Shown here: one piece after another, positions 58,081-64,000 of the stretch
How the letters are laid out: every line of letters starts with the position of its first letter
Position numbering within the stretch: position 1 is the first letter of the stretch
From: Eledone cirrhosa
Lineage: Eukaryota
Length of the DNA stretch: 64,000 nucleotides
Assembly (NCBI GenBank): GCA_964016885.1
Contig: OZ024748.1
Location: forward strand, 6,944,001 to 7,008,000
Direction of reading: 5' to 3'
Program-made: the position numbers and the translations under genes
Notes under the pieces: generated by a model
Databases searched by the model: none
Told to the model about the DNA's origin: nothing
What the model saw: only the letters and a program-made list of their open reading frames with translations

Positions 58081-59110
58081 GATCTTCTGGTTTTATAATT
58101 TCACAAAGTTTTACCAATTGAGAGAGAGTCGCTTGCTAACATAGTTACAATACTCTCTCATTGCAATTTACACAACATCAACTAGGTAGATAGGTATGTA
58201 TGTCTGCATGTGTAGATATGGATGTTATTGTATGTGTGGATGTGGATGTTTTGAGTTGTATGTGTGCATGTGTTTATGCTTTGTATCTGTACATGTGTAT
58301 ATGCAGTTATTAGATCCAAAATGTTTGGAATGTTTTACATATTTTTACTGTTCCATTAATGGATTGTACTTGTAATTTCTTAACTAGTTGTGTTCTTTCT
58401 GTTCCTGTGAAGCCTAGCTTCTCAAGATTTGTATTGAGGCAGTTATTAACATATCCCAGTGCCCCAAAAATCACAGGCATAAATCTGAAGGTGTAATCAG
58501 AGTGGAGTATCTGCAGATTTTTCATCAGTTCTGCATAAATGTTCTCCTTTTCACTAATCTTTGATATTATATTGGCATCTGCTGGGCAGCTAATTTCCAC
58601 TACTGTGCATGCTTTCTTCTCCCTATCCCATATCATAATATCTGGTCTGTTATGCCTGCATTTTATTGGGTTTTTTACTGGAACATTCTACCAGTACTCT
58701 ATCATATTATGTACATGGATGTCTTCCACATTGCTGTAGCTTTTAATGTGTTTATTATTGGGGCTATCTTTTTTACGAACTGCACTGTACAGTGTTTTGG
58801 CCACTACATCATGCCTCATAGGTAGATAGTACCGCGATGACATCTTTGGACAGCTGCTGATAACGTGGGTGATATCCTCGATGTTAGTTCTGCAGAGTCT
58901 GCACTTGTTATCACATCTAGGTGTTTTCCTGCATCCCTACCTCTTTTGTGAATCAAGTATTTCGTGCTACTCTCCTGTTCCTGGATTGCAAAAGCGTATC
59001 CTTCAAAGTGGGAGCCAATATAGCGGTTGTTGGTCCAAGATAGACTACTTTCCTTATCTATATTACTCTCACGCTGGGGCTTCTTGGCAACATATCCATG
59101 CATGATTTTC
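58081..59110 (-). mobile_element. 5'-truncated R4/Dong-type non-LTR retrotransposon (CCHC knuckle plus restriction-like endonuclease, 3' UTR)
   Basis: MHGYV...FAIQEQ..TKY; CRLCRTNIEDITHVISSC (CX2CX8HX4C); RHDVVAK; HNRPDIMIWDREKKACTVVEISCPAD..I..K..EK...Y..L...PVIFGALG; one frameshift and one stop; stop codon at 58310. Confidence 0.88.
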
Positions 59111-59640
59111 ATGTATGTATGTATGTATGTATGTATGTATGTATGTATGTATGTGTGTGTATGCTTGTATGTGTGTGTGTATGTATGTATGTATGTATGT
59201 ATGTATGTATGTATGCATGTATGTGTGTATGTGTGTATGTATGTATGTATGTGTGTATGTATGTATGCATGTATATATGTTTATATGTATGCATGTATGT
59301 GTGTATGTATGTATGTATGTATGTATGTGTGTATGCATGTATGTGTGTATGTATGTATGTATGTATGTGTGTATGCATGTATGTGTGTATGCATGTATGT
59401 ATGTATGTATGTGTGTATGTATGTATGTATGCATGTATGTGTGTATGCATGTATGTATGTATGTATGTATGTATGTATGTATGTATGTATGTGTGTATGT
59501 ATGTATGTGTGTATGCATGTATGTGTGTATGTATGTGTGTATGTATGTATGTATGTATGTATGTGTGTATGCATGTATGTGTGTATGTATGTATGTATGT
59601 ATGTGTGTATGTATGTGTGTATGTATGTGTGTATGTATGT
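59111..59640. repeat. (TATG)n microsatellite with TGTG/CATG variants
   Basis: Direct reading; source of the MYVC/HTYI ORFs. Confidence 0.95.
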
Positions 59641-59832
59641 GGTATCACTACCAGCACCACCACCACAACCACAACTTGCAGCAGTAACAACACTAGCCCC
59701 ACCATCACCGACAACACCACCTCCCCCAGCCAGCAGCAGCAGCAGTAGTAGTAATGATCTACTTTTCATGACTATGAAAAGATGGCAGTTGTTTTGTCAT
59801 GGTTGAACATAACCATTCCACGGTTGACTGGT

Positions 59833-59940
<108 letters not shown>

Positions 59941-60131
59941 ACACACACACACACACATACACACACACATATATATATATATATATCAAAGCAAATACAT
60001 TTAACTTACCTCTGTCTCTCTAATCAGACTTTTTTTCCCTTTTATCTATGGCTCTTCTTCTGTTCTTCTACCTTTCTTTGATCTCTCTCTCTCTCTCTCT
60101 CTCTCCCTATATATATATATATCTATATATG

Positions 60132-60298
<167 letters not shown>

Positions 60299-60374
60299 CT
60301 CTTTCCACCGCTTTCTCTTTTGCATAACTTTTGCAAAATGCTCACCTGCAAGTGTTTGTGTGAGTGTGTATATA

Positions 60375-60412
<38 letters not shown>

Positions 60413-60630
60413 TATTTGGTATGAATCGAAGTTGTAACTGCAATATAGCAAATATATTGGAAATTGAGTTTTCCGATAGGTCTCATCGGACTACCAATTC
60501 TAGATTTTGCTCACCTGTTCATTGGTGGAACACGTGTTAATTTAGTAATAAATGTTAGTCCTTTAACCGTGAAATTGTTATATTCATGTTACTTATTATA
60601 TTATATTTATATATATGTGGATGTGTGTGC

Positions 60631-60682
<52 letters not shown>

Positions 60683-60751
60683 AAAAATTGAACGGGAACA
60701 AAACAGAGAGGCAGTACGAACAAAGGTTTATTAGGTTCATGCCCTTATTAT

Positions 60752-60830
<79 letters not shown>

Positions 60831-60922
60831 GTAATAATAATAAATTTGAAGACTAAAATACAAAGTTTCAGAAGATCCCGTTAAGGGTGAAAGCAGCGAT
60901 TCTTTGCTTAAACTTTAATCTG

Positions 60923-60978
<56 letters not shown>

Positions 60979-61299
60979 AGTGGTATGGTTGATCACATTG
61001 ATGTCAGTATTTCAACCTAATGGTTATTTTATGGATCTTATTCTGCTGAATCTTTCCGTTGCCGTGTATAAAGCTATGATATACCCGTGAACGTTCTCTC
61101 TAATTCTCCAGTATGTTCTATATCTGGCTTTTCTTGTTTCGCTTTCCTTCGTTTTCCACTATTTACACAACACTCATATATTCAATTATATTCAATTATA
61201 AATAAAAAAAAATGTAGAATGTTCACGCTACAAAAAACAATCAGTGATTATTCATAAAACCATTATTATTTATAAAAACAAAATTATATTATCATTATC

Positions 61300-61635
61300 A
61301 TTAAATCCCGTTGAGGTTAATGTTGCCTTTCAACCTTACGGGGTCGATAAATAAAGTACCAGTAACGCACTGGGGTTGATTTAAGCGACTTTTCCCTCCC
61401 CTTAAAATTATTATTATTGTAGTTATTATTATTATAGTTATTAGTATTATAGTTATTAGTATTATAGGGTCGGACGCCATGCTTTGCAGCATAGAGTTAC
61501 GGCCCTTTATGGTCTGATATTCTAATCCCGCCGAGGTTAACTTTGCCTTTCATCCTTACGGGGTCGATAAAATAAAGTACCAGTAATACACTGGGTTAAT
61601 TGCTGGCCTTGTGCCAAAAGTAGAAACAATTATTA
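61300..61635 (+). mobile_element. Two SINE copies embedded in (ATT)n-rich sequence
   Basis: Core matches at ~61305 and ~61525. Confidence 0.82.
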
Positions 61636-61951
61636 TAGTTATTATTTTTATCATCATCATCATCATCATTATTTTATATCTTTATATATATAGATGTTTT
61701 ATTATTTTTTTCATAAACGTTTTGAGTCATTAATTTTCAATAACAGTCCCATTTGACATCTAACGCTTGAATAAGTTATAGGTAGGGTTGTCTCCCATGG
61801 AATGTCGGCTGGTTGCTTCAATTACTTTTTTTTTTATTTCAAAGTCAATCTATATATTTATACACAGCTCTTATTTATCTGCTTCTTCGCCAACATCATA
61901 TACATACAGATATACACGCATAGTTAGGTACACACATACGCACGCGCATAC

Positions 61952-61988
<37 letters not shown>

Positions 61989-62085
61989 AAGAGAGAGATA
62001 GATATATGTATGTATATATGTATTTATACGTATCTATATATACACAAAAACACACAAACACACACACACACACACAGACACACAC

Positions 62086-62117
<32 letters not shown>

Positions 62118-62118
62118 G

Positions 62119-62174
<56 letters not shown>

Positions 62175-62279
62175 TGTGTGTGTGTGTGTGCGTACGATGC
62201 TCAAGCGCAAATGATAACTGCAAGTACAGTCAGTTGCTACACACACGCACAAACATACATATATATATATATGTACACA

Positions 62280-62343
<64 letters not shown>

Positions 62344-62756
62344 GAGAGAGATAGAGGGGGATACACACTCAAAGTTACATATATTTAATATTCTTTATTG
62401 AGAGAATTAATTCCGCTTATATATACATATATACATATATATAACAATTCCTTCAATATATATATATATATACACATACATACATATATACAGACGTCGA
62501 TAGAAGGAGCAATCTGTAAGCTTAAAGGATGGTATTACTCTAGGATAATTATTATAGTAAGTAGATACTAAAACGACTATTAATGAAGAAGAATATTAAC
62601 TAGTTACGTCTGGTTTTATGGCTTATTTACGGCTAACCGTAACAGTTTATATACGTTTTATTTCGTTTGACAATTTCGATAACTTACACAAGACAAAAAT
62701 AAGATGTATAAAAACAATTAGAAAAACACATCAACAAAACACTTGCTTGATCATTG

Positions 62757-62837
<81 letters not shown>

Positions 62838-62974
62838 TATATATAGATAGATATAGATATATAGATAGATAGATATATATAGTGAGAGAGAGAGAGAAAG
62901 AGAGAGGGGGTTGTAAAGCCAATATGAATGGATACACACTCACTCGCACACAGACACACATATGTATACATATA

Positions 62975-63220
62975 TAATATAGAATAGACTTCTACAGGAC
63001 TAGAACTGTTTCATTCTGGAGAAATCATCAGGGCTTCCTGGTGATTTCTCCCGAATGAAACCGTTTTAGTCCTGTAGAAGCCATTTCTATATTAAATATT
63101 TATACTCGGCTATGTATTAAGTACCTTACTTTTTGTGGTTACCCCTGATTGAACCCGGGATAAACACACATATATATATATATATATATATATGTATATC
63201 CCGGGTTTAATCAGGGGTAA

Positions 63221-63223
<3 letters not shown>
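62975..63223 (+). mobile_element. Family B fold-back element with inverted copy of its 3' end
   Basis: Palindrome 62975-63094; GGCTTC-CTGGTGA-TTTCTCCCGAAT-GAAA-C...GTA^GAAGCC; 3' end 63136-63162 inverted at 63197-63223 across a TA tract. Confidence 0.8.
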
Positions 63224-63293
<70 letters not shown>

Positions 63294-63755
63294 TATATTT
63301 ATATATATATATATGTGTGTGTGTGTGTCTGTGTTTATCTGTGTGTATGTATAAGAGACTCTCCCTGAGTGTATTAAGCTGTGATCATGTCATAGATATC
63401 TAGGTAGCCGTGTGAGAATGCCAGACACGGGTTTCTGGATTTTGAATCTTCAATCCTTTTAGATACTCGGAAACATCAAATGTACATCGCATTAGGAGAG
63501 TAACATATATATTTAATTTATATTTATTCCGTATTCCAAAATTATGAACCTTCTATAAGTAAACATAGTGGTAATTTATATATTTTAATAAATTTTCTTT
63601 GTAATATACTCAAAAACTCACCAAATTCGGAGATATTGTTAGCAAATACATTTTAGACGATTCACTTACCTGACGATTCACATCTTGTGTAAAACATCAA
63701 ATTATATCACTATAGATAACATAAAGATCATGCTAGCTCTTTCATGCTAATTACA

Positions 63756-63860
63756 ATTAAGAACTTTCTAGGCGTTATCATTAAAAAACGGTCCAATCTC
63801 TCCTCAGATAGAAATATTTTCAACAAAGCCACACCCTATTATAATGAAGCATTAATCAAA
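63756..63860 (+). pseudogene. Penelope-like retroelement RT/thumb relic
   Basis: Translates IKNFLGVIIKKRSNLSSDRNIFNKATPYYNEAL, resembling the invertebrate PLE motif IIKNLPxSIxKRLSNLSSNxxIFNKAxPYYNxAL (recalled, not searched). Confidence 0.6.
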
Positions 63861-64000
63861 ATTGTTGTTAACAAGTGGTTTCGATAATTTGTTCCTAACA
63901 AGTCCAGTGATCACGTAGAAGCCTCCTCATTAGAACGTTCACATTCAAAATAGTGGTATTATGCTTGTATCCCTAATCGATATATTGATATATCCTATGT

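Overview
Very AT-rich animal genomic DNA saturated with microsatellites ((TA)n, (CA)n, (GA)n, (TATG)n, (GTT/GGT)n). The abundant tRNA-derived SINE with core GCCTTTCATCCTTACGGGGTCGATAAAATAAAGTACCAGT suggests an octopus/coleoid cephalopod; this is recognition by eye, not a database result. Nearly all ORFs in the supplied track are simple-repeat artefacts and no complete host gene is supportable (one weak candidate first exon, minus strand, 27308-27343). Recognisable protein relics are all retrotransposon-derived: an R4/Dong-type RLE LINE 3' end (58081-59110), an RTE-type RT fragment (~37590-37830) and a Penelope-like (PLE) RT fragment (~63756-63860). The main hidden structure: many of the short non-repetitive 'islands' between (TA)n tracts belong to at least 8 sequence families of small (~100-400 bp) elements carrying type I hammerhead ribozyme motifs (about 18 complete or degenerate motifs plus ~13 half-motifs read by hand). 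They end at (TA)n tracts, often form long fold-back palindromes whose apex falls on a ribozyme helix, and three families share a bulged 3' hairpin (ACTC-TAC-loop-GTA-YY-GAGT). This looks like a (TA)n-targeted PLE/retrozyme-like system with a ribozyme-nucleated fold-back step. All folding was done by eye; activity and novelty are untested.
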